Of a stretch of 64,000 nucleotides of DNA, positions 1 through 12,994 are shown piece by piece. The translations under genes and the position numbers were made by a program. This stretch comes from Felis catus. Lineage: Eukaryota. Positions within the stretch are counted from its first letter, which is position 1; each line of letters starts with the position of its first letter. The stretch lies in assembly GCF_018350175.1 (NCBI RefSeq), contig NC_058368.1:218862001-218926000 (forward strand), written 5' to 3'. The notes under the pieces were generated by a model. The model had not been told where the DNA came from. It made no database searches and worked only from the letters and a program-made list of their open reading frames with translations.

Positions 1-113
1 GAGGAGGGCACCTTTTGGGATGAGCACTGGGTGTTGTATGGAAACCAATTTGTCAATAAATTTCATATATAAAAAAAATAAAAATAAAAATAAAAATAAA
101 AATAAAAATAAAA
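1..113 (+). mobile_element. 3' end of a felid/carnivore L1 with (TAAAA)n tail, cut by window start
   Basis: gaggagggcacc..tgggatgagcactgggtgttgtatggaaaccaatttg.caataaa followed by an A-rich tail; matches the recalled cat L1 3' terminus. Confidence 0.9.
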
Positions 114-254
114 TAATTACTTAACGTTTTGCCCTTTGAGAGTTAGCATTATGTCCTGTGCCCATACTTTGGTAACTTGCATTTGTTCCATTGTTTACTT
201 TGCTATTTTTCGTGTAAATATAATTTACTTTGAATACAAAAAAAAACACTTTTT

Positions 255-575
255 TTCTGCGAAAATTGCTATTGGACTTTTGATAGATATTCCATTGAAT
301 CTAAAAATGACTTTGAATTGTATAGATTGGGTTGTATTAATTCTTCAAATCCAGGGATATGGAATACCTTTCTATATACTTGTGTCTTCTTCAGTCTCTT
401 CCCTTAGTACTTTGTAGTTGTCAGAGTAGAGATCTTTTGCTTCCTTGGTTAAATTTATTCCTAAGTATTTTATTGTTTTTGGTGTTATTATAACTAGGAT
501 TCTTTAAAATTTAATTTTTTAGATATTTTATTGTTAGCGTATAGAAATTCAACTGATTTTTGTATGTCGATTTGG
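255..575 (-). mobile_element. Old L1 (L1M) ORF2 fragment
   Basis: Antisense L1 motifs such as ttccttggttaaatttattcctaagtatttt and tatagaaattcaactgatttttgtatgt. Confidence 0.8.
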
Positions 576-699
576 ATATCTATTTCTATAATGTAACAGT
601 ATCCTCTGGATGGTCCTATCCTTCTAAGAATGTTGGGAAGTCAACCCCTTAATTTCAGGTGATGGACATAAAATTACCTAAGGCTCTGATATCAAAATC

Positions 700-1137
700 A
701 ATTACTTTTTCTATTGATTATAGTAAGTATGACCCAGAATCTGACATATTCTGGGGGGCATATGTCATAAATGGAAGTTCTGTGAGTGTTCTAGGAATAT
801 GTTCTTAGTCTTAAAAAGGATAGTCCCGATTCTCATTTAAGTTTGGTATGTTATCACTTAAGGGCATGGTCCTTGAAGCTGCCACAGTTATTTATTTACA
901 GGGAAGGAATGCATAATACTAAACTCAGCCTCATGGAATGGAACATAGGTAACATAGCAAAAGATGAAACAAACCAGGACTCTTGTTGACAGCAATGACA
1001 CTGAATTAAGCAATCCTAGAAGTACCTTTCCCATGGGCTTCTTAATATTTGAGATAAAAAAAAAATGTTCTAGATGTTAAAGCCATCTCTGGGTGGGGTT
1101 TCTGTTGTATACTACCTGAAGAGCCCTAAGTAGTACA
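700..1137 (+). mobile_element. MaLR LTR (MLT1J/K-like), degenerate
   Basis: MLT1-type 3' end: tgttaaagcca...ggtttctgttg...cctgaagagccctaagtagtaca. Confidence 0.55.
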
Positions 1138-1607
1138 AAGAATCAGAATTTAAGTTCTCATAGACTGTACCCCACAAGCATTACTAAAGTTCTTCCTTTA
1201 ATAATAAAAGTAATAAAAAAATAAAGAAGGCAGTGAGAGCATTTTCAAAGGCAAGATAAAGCACATGCAAAAAAAAAATCTGTAATCACACATAATGATA
1301 ACCATTACTATTTCTAGTTGACTAGATTTAGGTAGCTTAAAATTTTGGTCTCTGACAGTTATTTGTTTGCATTTTATAGAATAAGTATATGGCATTTTTA
1401 AAAAATAATTTTTAAAAAAATAATAAAAAGCATCAATTGATCTATTATGAAGATGCATTATAAAAGTTGATGAGGATAAATCTGTTAAATTATAATGGTA
1501 CCTCACAGGTCGTATAAATTTCTGTGTACATCTTGGCCTCAGTATTTACCCTAGCCCCAAATTGTCAACTTTAATTAGTATTATCTTATCCTTTAAAAAT
1601 TTCTTTA

Positions 1608-1818
1608 GGGGCACCTGGGTGGCTCAGTCAGTTAAGCGTCCGACTTCGGCTCATGTCATTATCTCACAGTTCGTGGGTTCAAGCCCCGCGTCAGGCTCTG
1701 TGCTGACAGCCTGGAGCCTGGAGCCTCCTTCTGATTCTGTGTCTCCCCTCTCTCTGCCCCTCCCCTGCTCACACTCTGTCTCTCTCTGTCTCTCAAAAAT
1801 AAATAAATGTAAAAAAAT
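1608..1818 (+). mobile_element. Can-SINE (SINEC)
   Basis: ggggcacctgggtggctcagtcagttaag head, (CT)n region, AATAAA/A tail; TSD about taaaaatttcttta / taaaaatatcttta. Confidence 0.97.
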
Positions 1819-2974
1819 TAAAAATATCTTTAAAACTTGTTGCCTTTTCCAGACCTTTCGTTAATGATGACATTTTATGATTTCTACTTTTTTAAGATGA
1901 AGAAACACTCACAAAATGCAAACATTACTCAGTGAAATTATCTCATCAACTCTCAATAACATTTTGAAAGCAACATTGTATTTTCCAAAATAAAGATAAA
2001 AATATGCTTGTAATAGGTGCTGCCAATGCTCCCACAAAAGGAATAGTTTTCTTCCCAATTTTACCATTGTTTTTTTGTGCAGCCTTCTGTTTAGTTATAT
2101 TTTTAAACACATCTTTCAAAATACCATTCGTAACAAGCTTGTATAAATTTAGCTTTCATTTAATTAACCTTTCTTCAATAAGAATTTTCATTCAGTGTTC
2201 CTCGTTTCTATCTGTTCTGCATTATCTTCAGTATGAAATGGGAAAGATTTCTGGTAACTTTCTTTTGAATATAGAGAGTTGAATCTTAGCTTGTGTACAA
2301 GTTGAAAATTTAGGTGATGTCAATTACAGTCAAGGTCATACCAAAAATACATTTTAATAGAGAAACTAGGCCTTGCTTGTGAGAACTATACAAGTCTGAT
2401 ATAGAAAAGAAAGACATTCTGGGCCCATCACAGATTAAAGACAACATGTCCCTGTCCATAGATAAGCCCACAGAGACTATGCAAATGTAGACAGGGGCAA
2501 GACACCATAATCAGATGCAGTAGGTGGAAACAAATACACTTGAAAAGTGTGAATTTATTTAAAACGACAGACAGCTCAAGAAGTTACACTTTTTAGAAAA
2601 GTGCATATTTTAAAAAATCACTTTGAGACAAACCAATTACCATATGCTGTAAGGTTTGAATTCATCCTAAAATGAAAATGTGTTAAAAACTGTCAATTAC
2701 TTTTTTTTTTTTAAACTGGTAATGCGTTTGAGCATTTCCTTTTGGATTCTATCAATTAAGTGTTAGCTTTAGCTTTTTTTCCTTTTTTTTTTAATTTTGT
2801 AACTTAAATAGCTTAGAGTAGTGAAATAACACAGGCAGCATAGGAGAGAAAAATTAACCCCACACACACAAATTTTACGTTTTGTGCTTACAATTAATGC
2901 TTTTAAAGTGCAGATGTCATTTAAAAAACTCAACCCATATCAATTTATTTTTAATAAATGTGTACTGTAGATGA

Positions 2975-3441
2975 TACATTAGTTTATCATTGGCACAGTA
3001 ACAAATTGCCCTAAAAGTAATGGCTAAAACATTAATTTATTGTCTTAAAGTTTTGTAGGTTAGAAGTCCAGAATGTATCTCACAGCACTAAAATCAGACT
3101 GTCAATAGGGCTGTGTTCAATCTGGAGGCTCTGGGGAAAATTTTTTTTTCTTGCCTTCTCTAGAGGCTGGTGCCTTCCTTGACTTGTGACCTCACATCAC
3201 TCTGAACTCAGTTTCCACCTTGAAGTCAGCACATCCCTCTTGATCCTGATTCTCTTTCTCTTTTTATAATGACCCTTGTAATTAGACTGGTCTACCCAGA
3301 TAAACCCAAGATGATCGCAACATTTCATGCTTTTTAATTAAAGCACATCTGCAATGCCCTTTTACTATGTAAAGTAACATTTTCATAGGTTCCAGTGATA
3401 ACAACATGGACAAGGGGATGGGCTATTATTCCGTCCACCAT
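2975..3441 (-). mobile_element. MaLR LTR (MLT1C/D-like)
   Basis: attagtttatc...taacaaattgcc...tctggaggctctgggg...aagtaacattttcataggttccag...gctattattccgtccacca resembles the MLT1 reverse complement. Confidence 0.75.
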
Positions 3442-6400
3442 AGGTGATCTCTATGACTCAACACCAAATGCTCAGAGTTCCCTTCTTTTCAATCCTAGAA
3501 TATCTCCATTTCTCAGCTAAGATATTTTATCATTCCACGAATTCCAGACTTCACATTTATGAATAATACACAAAATGATTTAAATATTCTTGTGCAAAAA
3601 TTATGATGCTAAGTATTACAATTGAGTAAATAAAATACCTTTGGCAATGTTTGAATATTTTGAGGCTATGCATAGAACTTACATCCTACAAAAAAGTCTG
3701 TGAGATCCTGAAAAATGTTGCTAATAAAATAAACTCTACCTAGTTTTAAAAATTTACTTATGAAAGAGTTAGATAGTAATAATGATAAGCAAGTCAGTTT
3801 TTCATATACACACATATTGATTTCATGTTCTTTTTTCTTTATGGAAATTTATGTTCTTCATACAAAAATGTAAAATTATAGGTAAGAATTGCAGCATCCA
3901 CCGTAAAGACAAAGAGGGGATGTTGAGTTACGGTACATGTGGCAAGAGATGGACTTTAGTATATTGTTTATTTAAATGTCTATGTATCTGTAGAATATGT
4001 TTAATTAATGTTATTCTTCATTTTTAAAGAGTAGAGTAAATTTAACTTTGGATTAGTAATTTCTGCTGGAAGGCTTAAATGAGGATAGACAGGACAAAAG
4101 CAAACACACGCATATACACACAGAATAATAAGTCACCAAAGCATCAGATCAGCACGAACACCACCACTCATTCCAGCAAATATCACGTCAAAATAAAAAG
4201 ATGAGGTGCAAAACACACTTGGGATTCTGAGGAATACAACTGCCCCTCCAGAGAACCATCCATGAACTCACAGTGTTTCAACATGGTCCTTCTTCAAAAA
4301 AAAAAAAAAACAAAAAACAAAACAAAAAAACCCCAGATTTATTTGGACCAGGATTGGAAAGTGTCTTGGAAGACGGTTAAAAAGGTTGGCTAGCCAAATT
4401 GCCATGAGAGAAATAGGATTACATGGAGTCTCTTGGATATTTAAGTTAAAAAAGATTAGAGGTCTCTACTGTTATCACATAGATCCTACTGTTTCACATT
4501 TCAACATGAATGAAATTGTTCTTCTTTGTGTTCTAAGTGTACGGATCTTTGTGATGTTATTGAGAAAGAGAAAATGTTAGAATACACAATATAATATAAA
4601 TTGTAAAGATACAATTATTGAATAAATCTGAAATTGTTTTTGAAATGATGGAGATTTTGTGCAGAACTTTGGGAAACCAATGGAGAAAAGAATGAAGTTG
4701 CAAATTGGAAAATATTAGAAAAAAAAGGAAAAGTCTTTTTGTACATCCTAATATATGGTGAAACATTAGATGGGTCCTCATTATTATCAACGTTGAATCA
4801 AAAGTCATGTTGATTGCAATTGATAACAGCATGAAATGATCAGGAAACTAAGCAAAAAGGTACATAGGTTCTCTTCCCTTTTTATTGCAGAATAATTTTG
4901 GGGTGCAAAAACCAGTGTCACTGTATCTTACAAGATAAGATGAGATGTCGTGGATAATGTTTTTGTTCACAGGTATTTTTTACTCACCCTGTCCATCAAA
5001 ATATATATTTTGGAAAATGGCCGTCATTCCATTAAATTGTTTATTTTTGTAGAGTACTTTAAATGATGTTGATAAAGCTCCAAGATTGTGTTTTTTATTT
5101 ATTTCAATGATAATTTTTATCAAAATGATGAATACAAATGACATTCTAAAATTCTGCTTAGGAAGAGTGTTTTCTTGACAGTAAGAAAGACTAACTGGCA
5201 TTATTCATAGTGAAAACCTGAGTTTTTTGATGTTTTCCCTCCATGTGATGGATAAATGTTTTGAAATTGAATTTCCTATGCAATACTAGATTTGTTGTTA
5301 CTCTGTAGGTAGTCAAAGGCAGAGAAATTTAATGTGCACTTAATTTAAAAAAATTTAATGATTTAATAACTATGTTGTGTATATTCTTTAATTGTATGCA
5401 CGTATCTTTAAGTGTGTAGAACAAGAATCAAGTGTGTAGAACAAAAATTAATACTGAAAAGCATGTACAGACCAATATGATAAAATACACATTATCAATT
5501 AAGTAATATTTATAGCTGACTTTGTTTGAATCATTAAAGAAATTAAATTTTAATTTTGAAGAAAATATAATTAGCCACAAATTTAAAATATGACACATAA
5601 TTTTTTAATTCAGAAGTGTAATGAGCTAGTTTCTAAGTTCCTTCTAAGTATAATTTAGACACTTTGAATGCATAATAAAGATCTCAAGTGTTCGAAACAA
5701 TGCAGAGTAGATTAGTGTTATAGTGAAAACAAGTCACAAAATATAGCAATTAAAGCGACCCTGAGAAGTTCTTCTGTATGCTTCCTCAATCCAGCTCAAG
5801 TCCTAAAACTAGACTATTATAGAGAAATTCATTATATTTTGACATCCAGAGAAAGGAGTGTCACCAAATGTAGTTTTTTTCTTAGTGGAATATTTTTATA
5901 TTCTTGAAACTCCATCCTGTCTTTTGTATTTGAACATTTTTAACACATAACTCTATTGATATTGCAGTTGGATATGCTATAAAAATCCGTGTTTCACATC
6001 CCTCATCAATATATTCTTTAGATTAAGATACAAATGTACTCTATACAACCTCCATGCTTGAAATCACATTAGTGAAATATAAAATGCATTAATTAAAATT
6101 GTCAAGCTTAAGCCTACTCTTTGCTAGATTTTGCTAAAATGTTGGAGAAGGGCTGCTGGTTGACAAATCAATAATAATCTTCCTTTCTTCCTTATTAACA
6201 AGCAAATGATATAAATTGGTGAAGTTTATGTGCAAAAAGGGAATATTTTGTGATTGGTCCAAGCCAATTATGAATTTTTGTATTCCTTTGTGCTAATGAC
6301 CAGTCTAGCAAAGAGTATATATATTTTTTAAGTAAATGAGGACTTCTTTTGGGTCTTTCTTAACAGAAATTTTCATTTTGAGAATGGAAAAGGTTTATAA

Positions 6401-6888
6401 GATAAGCATTCCTCCTGCTCCCTTCCGCCCTGCTTTGGGGGTTCTCCAGCCATAATATATACCCCAGATCCATGATAACTAACTCTGAATCACAGTGAGA
6501 AATCCTCAGAAATAAGGATAATCCCCCAAGTACAACAGAGAAAGGGAGAAAAAGGTCTGCATCCAAGAACAGCAACCACAGACTCTTTGACTAGTGACTA
6601 CAGATGTACCTCATTTTATTGCACTTCACTTTATTATGCTTTGCAGATACTTAATTTTTCACAAATTGAATGTGGCAACCCTGCATGGAGCAAGCATATT
6701 GGTACCATTTTTATAATAGCATTTTCTCATATCTTTTCCCTGTGTCATATTTTGGTAATTCTTACAATATTTCAAACTTTTTCATTATTATTATTTATGT
6801 TATGATAATTTGTGAACAGTGACCATTCATGTTGCTATTGTAATTGTTTGGGGCACCTCAAACCATGCCCATATAAGATGATGTACTT

Positions 6889-7098
6889 GGGGCACCTGAG
6901 GGGCTCAGTCAGTTAAGCATCCGAATCTTGATTTCAACTCAAGACATGATCTCACAGTTCGTGGGTTCAAGCCCTGATTAGGGCTCCATACTGACAGTGG
7001 ACAGCCTGCTTGGGATTCTCTTTCCCTCTCCGTCTCTCTGCCCCTCCCCTGTGTGAGCTGTCTCTCTCTCAAAATAAATATATAAACTTAAAAAAAAA
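6889..7098 (+). mobile_element. Can-SINE inserted in Tigger1
   Basis: SINE head and tail; TSD taagatgatgtactt (6874-6888) / taagatggtgaactt (7099-7113). Confidence 0.95.
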
Positions 7099-7235
7099 TA
7101 AGATGGTGAACTTAATTGATAAATATTGTGTGTGGACTGTTTTACTGACCAGCTGTTCCCCATCTCTTCTACTCCTCTGGCCTCCTATAGGCCAAACACA
7201 ACAATATTGATATTAGGCCAATTAATAATCCTACA

Positions 7236-8829
7236 CTGGCTTCTAAGTCTTCAAGTGAAAGGACTAGTTGCACATCTTTCACTTCAAATGGAAAGATAGA
7301 AATAACTAAGCTTAATGAAAGAAGAATGTTGACCGCCAAGGTAATGCCAAAAGCTAGGCCTCTTGTGCTAGTTAGCCAAGGTGTGAATGCAAAATAAAAC
7401 TTCTTGAAGGAAATTAAAAGTGCTACTCCAGTGAACACACAAATGATAAGAAACCATAATGACCTTATTGCTGATAAGGAGAAAGTTTATTTTTTGTGGT
7501 CTGGATAGAAGGTCAAATCAGCCACAACTTTTCCTTAAGCCAAAACCTAATCCAGAGCAAGGCCCTAACTCTCTTCAACTCTATGAAGGCTAAGGGAAGT
7601 GAGGAGGCTTCCGAATAAAAGTTTGAAGCTAACAGAGGTTGGTTCAGAAGATTTAAGGAAAGAAGGTGTCTCTGTAACATAACAGTGCAACATGAAGCAT
7701 CAGTTACTGATTTAGAAGCTGCAGCAAGTTGTTCAGAAGATCTAGCTCAGATAATTAATGCAGGTAGATACACTAAACAACAGATATTAAATGTAGACAA
7801 AATAGCCTTCTTTTGAAGAAGATGCCATCTAGGACATTCATAACTAGAGAGGAGCAATCAATGCCTGGCTTCAAAGCTTCAAAGGACAGGCTAGCTGTCT
7901 TTTGAGGGACTAATGCAGCTATGGCTTTCATTTGAAGCCAATGCTCATTAACTATTCTGCAACTTCTAGGGCCCTTAAGAATTATGGTAAATGTACCCTG
8001 TCTGTTCTATGTAAATAAAACAACAAATCCTGTATGACAGCACATCTATTTCCAACATGGTGGTTCACTGACTATTTTAAGCCCACCGTTGAGCCTCACT
8101 GCTCAGAAAAAAAGTTTCATTTCAAAAAATTAATGCTCATTGACAATGCACCTGATCATCCAAGAGCTCTGATGGAGATGTACAGCATGTGCAAGACTAA
8201 TTTTGTCTTGCCCGTGCACACAGCATCCATTCTGCAGTCCATGAAACACATTATCTTCAAGTCCTTTTATTTAAGAAATACATTTTGTGAGGCTGTAGTT
8301 GCCATAGATAGTGATTCTTCTGATGGATCTGGGCAAAGTAAACTGAAAACCTTCTGGAGAGGATTCACCATTATAGATGCCATTATGAATATTTATGGTT
8401 CATGGGAAGAGGTAAAAATATCAATATTAACAGAAGCTTGGAAAAAGTTGATTTCAGCCCTTGTGGATAACTTTGAGGGATTCAGAACTTCAGTGGAGGA
8501 AGTAATTCCAGATGTGGTGGAAATAGCAAGAGAAATAGAAGTGGGGCCTGAAGATGTGACGGAATTGCTAGCATCTCATGATAAAATTTTTAGGGATAAG
8601 GAGTTGCTTCTTACAGATGAGGAAAGAAAGTGATTTTCTTGAGATAGAATTTACTTCTGGTGAAGGTGCTGTGAAGATTGTTGAAATGGCTACAAAAGAT
8701 TTGGAATATTTCATAAACTTAGTTGATAAAGTACCAGAAAGGTTTGAGAGGATTGATTCCCATTTTGAAAGTTCTCCTTTGGATAAAATGTCCTTTGGAC
8801 ATTGCATGCTACAGAGAAATTGTTCATGA
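7236..8829 (+). pseudogene. Tigger1 transposase pseudogene (CENP-B HTH + DDE_1)
   Basis: Start codon mutated to CTG at 7236; stops and frameshifts follow; residual ORF 8034-8633 contains LMLIDNAPDHP, FKSFYLR, WRGFTIIDAI. Confidence 0.9.
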
Positions 8830-9636
8830 AAGGAAGAGTGAATGCAGCAAAGTTCATTATTGTGTTATTTTTAAAAATTATTATTATTTTTAAAAATTGC
8901 CATAGCTATCCCAACCTTCAGCAATCACCAACTCGATTAATCAGCAGCCATCAAATTGAGGCATGACCTTCCACCAGCAAAATGATTACAATTGAATGAA
9001 AGCTCAGACAGTGGTTTGCATTTTTAGCATAAAAGTATTTTTAATTAAAGTATATATATATATATATATATATATTTAGACATAGTGCTATTGTATATTT
9101 CACACTCTACAGTATAGTGTAAACATAACTTTTACATGCACTAGGAAACCAAAAAATCCATTTGTCTTGCTTTAGTGTGATATTTCCCTTTTTGTGGTGT
9201 CCTGGAACTGAATCCACGGTATCTCCAAGGTATGCCTCTTCTCAACTGGGGATTAACAAACACCCCAAACCCTGACTGTTCTTAAGGAAACAGTAAATTT
9301 ACTTAGGGTTTAGGCTAATCGTAGTCACAGTTTCTGTTTTTGTAGCCAAAAATATACCTTTATCAAACAACTTTTATTCATTTATTTATTTGTCTTGATC
9401 TTTTTTTCCTGTAACACAATGGACTTGATTTTGAGTTGCATAACTCTTATCTTATTTATATTTTTAACTACTCCTAATTAATGCACACATTTTATGAAAG
9501 GTAGAGGATAGCAATTTAGAAAGAAAATAAAATAGTGCTCAAGTTAATATTCTATTATGTATCTTTTGTCTCATTTCCTGAGATGAGACATACAAAAATA
9601 CACAGTATACATAAATGCCAGAAATCAGTGTTTTTC

Positions 9637-9851
9637 TTTTTTTTTTATTTTTTAATATTTATTTATTTTTGAGACACAGAGAGAGCATGAACAGGGGAGG
9701 GTCAGAGAAAGAGGGAGACACAGAATCCGAAACAGGCTCCAGGCTCTGAGCTGTCAGCACAGAGCCCGACGCGGGGCTCGAACCCACGGACCGCGAGATC
9801 ATGACCTGAGCCGAAGTCAGACGCTTAACTGACTGAGCCACCCAGGTGCCC
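9637..9851 (-). mobile_element. Can-SINE
   Basis: Antisense SINE; TSD gaaatcagtgtttttc / gaaatctgtgtttttc. Confidence 0.97.
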
Positions 9852-10344
9852 TGAAATCTGTGTTTTTCAGTGGTGATATATATATAGTCACCTGCTAAGT
9901 CATGGTTTTGTTACCTAGTTTTAAAATAATTTTTTTAAAGTAGTTTTTGTTTAAAGTTAAAACAAAACAAAGTTTTGTTTAAAAAAGTTTAAACAAAAAA
10001 GTTTTGTTTAAAGTTTAAAGTTAAAGTTTTTGTTTAAAGTAGTTTTATGTTCACAGAAAAATTAAGCAGAAATACAGATACTTCTCATATCGTCCCTGTC
10101 TCCACACCTGCATAAACACTCCTACCCCTACACTGGTATCTCACAGCACAGTGGTGTATTTGTGACAATTGAGGTTATGTTACATTGATGATCATACTAC
10201 ATTGTCACCTAAAGTCTATAGTTTACACTAAGGATCATTTCTAATGTGTTGTACATTCTGTGGATTTTTAAAAATATAATTAAGTGTATCCACCATTATA
10301 CTATCATTCGTAATAGTTTAAATACCTTAAAAATCCTGTGTTCT

Positions 10345-10547
10345 GGGGCACCTGGGTGACTCGGTTGGTTAAGTGCCCAACTTCTTCTCAGGTCATGATC
10401 TCACGGTTCATGAGTTCAAGCCCCATGTTGAGCTCTGTGCTGACAGCTCAGAGCCCGGAGGCTGCTTCAGATTCTGTGTGTCTCTCTCTCTTCTGCCCCA
10501 TCTATCGCTCGCACTCTGTCTCTTTCTCAAAAATGAACATTAAAAAA
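10345..10547 (+). mobile_element. Can-SINE
   Basis: SINE head, (CT)n, tail; TSD about aaaaatcctgtg / aaaaatcctctg. Confidence 0.95.
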
Positions 10548-11545
10548 TCCTCTGTATTCTGTCTATCCATTCCAGCCTCTCTCCCATGAACCACTGACCA
10601 CTGATTTTTTATTGTGTCCATAGTTTTGTTTCCAAAAATGTCATATATTTGGAATCATTCAGTGTGTAGTGTTTTCAGATTGACTTCTTACACTCAGTAA
10701 TATGCATTTAAGTTTCCTCTATTTCCTTCCATAATTTGATGGCTTATATCTTTTTAGCACTGAATAATATTCAACAGTCTGGATGTACTACATTTATTTA
10801 TCCATTCACCTACTGAAAGACATCTGGATTGCTTTCACATGTTGCAATTATCAACAAAGCAGATATAAGCATTCTTGTGCATAGTTTTAGGTGGACATAA
10901 GTTTTCAATTCATTTGGGCAAGTACTAAGCTGTGTGATTGCTAGGTTATATGATAAGAGTAAACTTGATTTTATAAGAAACTTCCAAACTGTCTTGCAAA
11001 GCTGCTGTGTCAGTTTGCATTCCCACCAGCAATGTGTGAGAGTTTCTTCTGCTCCAAATCCTTGTCAGTATTTGGTGTTATCAGATGTCTAGATTTTATC
11101 CATCATAAGGGTCTAGGGATATCTTTTTTTTGTTTGTTTTAATTTATAATTCCCTAGTGGCATATTAAATGGAGCATCTTATTATTTGCTTATTTTCTGT
11201 TTATGTATCTTCTTTGGTGAATTGCCTGTTCAGTTCTTTTGCCCATTTTTAATAGAGTGACTTATTGTCTTATTGTTGAATTTTAAGGTTTCTTTATATA
11301 TTTTGGATAACTGTCCTTATCAGATATGCCTTTTGCAAATATTTTCTCCCAGTCTATGGCTTATGTTCTCATTCCATTGACTTTCTCTTTTGAAGAATAT
11401 AAGTTTTTCATTGTAATGAAATCCAAATATTTTTTTTTCATGGACTATGCCTCTAGTATTGTATCTAAAAAGTCACTGCCAAACCGAAGGTAATCTAATT
11501 TTTTTCCTATATTATCTTCTATGAGATTTATAGTTTTGCATTTTA

Positions 11546-11763
11546 TTTGAAAAATTTTTTTAATATTTGTTTTTGAAGAGACAGAGAGATACAGAATATG
11601 AGCAGGGGAGGGGCAGAGAAAGAGGGAGATGCAGAATCCAAAGTAGGCTCTAGGCTCTCAGCTGTCAGCACAGAGCCTGAGGCGGGGCTCAAGCCCATGA
11701 GCCAGGAGATCATGACATGAGCGGAAGTCAGAAGCTTAATAGACCGAGCCACCCAGGCACTCC
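11546..11763 (-). mobile_element. Can-SINE
   Basis: Antisense SINE; TSD tgcattttattt. Confidence 0.95.
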
Positions 11764-11772
11764 TGCATTTTA

Positions 11773-12004
11773 TTTTTTTAATGTATGCTTTGTTTGTTTG
11801 TTTGTTTGTTTATTTTGAAAGAGAGAAAGAGAGCACCAGCACACACATGAGTGGGAGAGAGGCAGAGAAAGAGGGAGACAGAGAGGATCCCAAGCAAGCT
11901 CAACATTGTCAGCACAGAGCCCAGTACTGGTCTCAAGCTCGTGATCTGTGAGATCATGACCTGAGCTGAGATCAAGAGTCAGAGGCTTGAGTCACCCAGG
12001 TGCC
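11773..12004 (-). mobile_element. Can-SINE (older)
   Basis: Antisense SINE; TSD tatagttttgcatttta at 11529 and 12007. Confidence 0.93.
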
Positions 12005-12994
12005 TCTATAGTTTTGCATTTTAGATATAGGTCTTTTACCCATTTTGAGTTGATTTTTTATGAAGGGTGTATAGCCCATGTCTAGATTCATTTTTTTGTT
12101 TGTTTGTTTTCCATGTGGATATCCAGTCTAGTACCTTTTATTGAAAAGACTGTCTTCTCTCCACTGTATTGTCTTCGCCTCTTTGTCAAAGGTCAGTTTG
12201 ACAATGTTTCTGTGGGTCTGTTTCTGGGCTGTATTAATCTGTTTTTTAAATAATTTCTATAATTTATCTAACATTTCCAAAATTGTGAGACTTTTCATTT
12301 GTTTTTCATTTTCACTCTTATAAATTGTAGTAGCACAGTACATTTTGTATGACATATTTATTGAATCTAAGGTTAAAACAAAATTTTATTGCATAAATTT
12401 TACACATTTACTTCTAAATTTTCCTGTTTTAAACTTATACAAAATGTACACTTCGTTCACTTATTTCTGTTTTTGAACAATATATACCAATCTACAATTA
12501 AAATACCTTTAATATCACTTTTTCTTGACAAGAATAGCACATGACTGATTTATTGGTTATGTATTAACTATATTCCAAATTTATCATTTGGAACAAACTT
12601 CTAAAGAAAATTAGAATAAATAATAAATTGTCCATATGCTCATTTTTCTAAAAATAAAAACCAAAAACAAAAAACAAATAAGCCCAAGAAAGTCTTTTGT
12701 GTTAAGAAAAAAACAATGCATTTTTATTGTATCACAGCAGGATTCAGGAAGATGGAACGACACTGTAAAAAAATTGCTTAAGAAATGAGTTTTAAAAATA
12801 ATTACACTTCTATTTCTCTTAGAGTTCTTAACCCATTGGTGTATTCTTAAGTTTACAATAAATAAACACACCAACAGACAACAAGAAAAACAAGTGTCGT
12901 GACTTTCATGTGCCCTTTCATCAGAAAATTATTACAATTTTCTAGTAAAGGAAGGGAAAATCAATTGTTTTAAATAATGATGGGAATTTTATAG

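Larger units (their letters stand above)
6601..9238 (+). mobile_element. Tigger1 (TcMar/pogo) DNA transposon, full length, degenerate
   Basis: Left end cagatgtacctcattttattgcacttc preceded by TA; right end ...ggaactgaatccacggtatctccaaggtatgcctc; about 2.42 kb after removing the internal SINE; pogo-like transposase remnants. Confidence 0.95.
9930..12240 (-). mobile_element. L1MC-like 3' region (3' UTR and end of ORF2), interrupted by three SINEs
   Basis: agttttatgttcacagaaaaattaagcagaaa...ttgcattcccaccagcaatgtgtgagagtt...ttgaaaagactgtcttctctccactgtattg. Confidence 0.85.

Noticed and set aside
1608..1690. tRNA-like A/B-box sequence at SINE heads as tRNA genes
   Set aside because: These are tRNA-derived Can-SINE heads with no complete cloverleaf.
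4240..4330. Sequence followed by an A run, as a processed pseudogene end or a minus-strand 20-nt microexon (ACT|GTGAGT)
   Set aside because: No polyA signal, TSD or recognisable parent; the acceptor relies on a simple T run.
4980..5201. Minus ORF ending at a strong donor AGG|GTGAGT
   Set aside because: No credible upstream acceptor, and the peptide has AT-biased chance composition.
8034..8829. 199-aa and 83-aa ORFs as a TIGD1-like domesticated gene
   Set aside because: They lie within a complete Tigger1 with termini; the start codon is mutated, upstream frames are broken, and the QPxD aspartate is lost.
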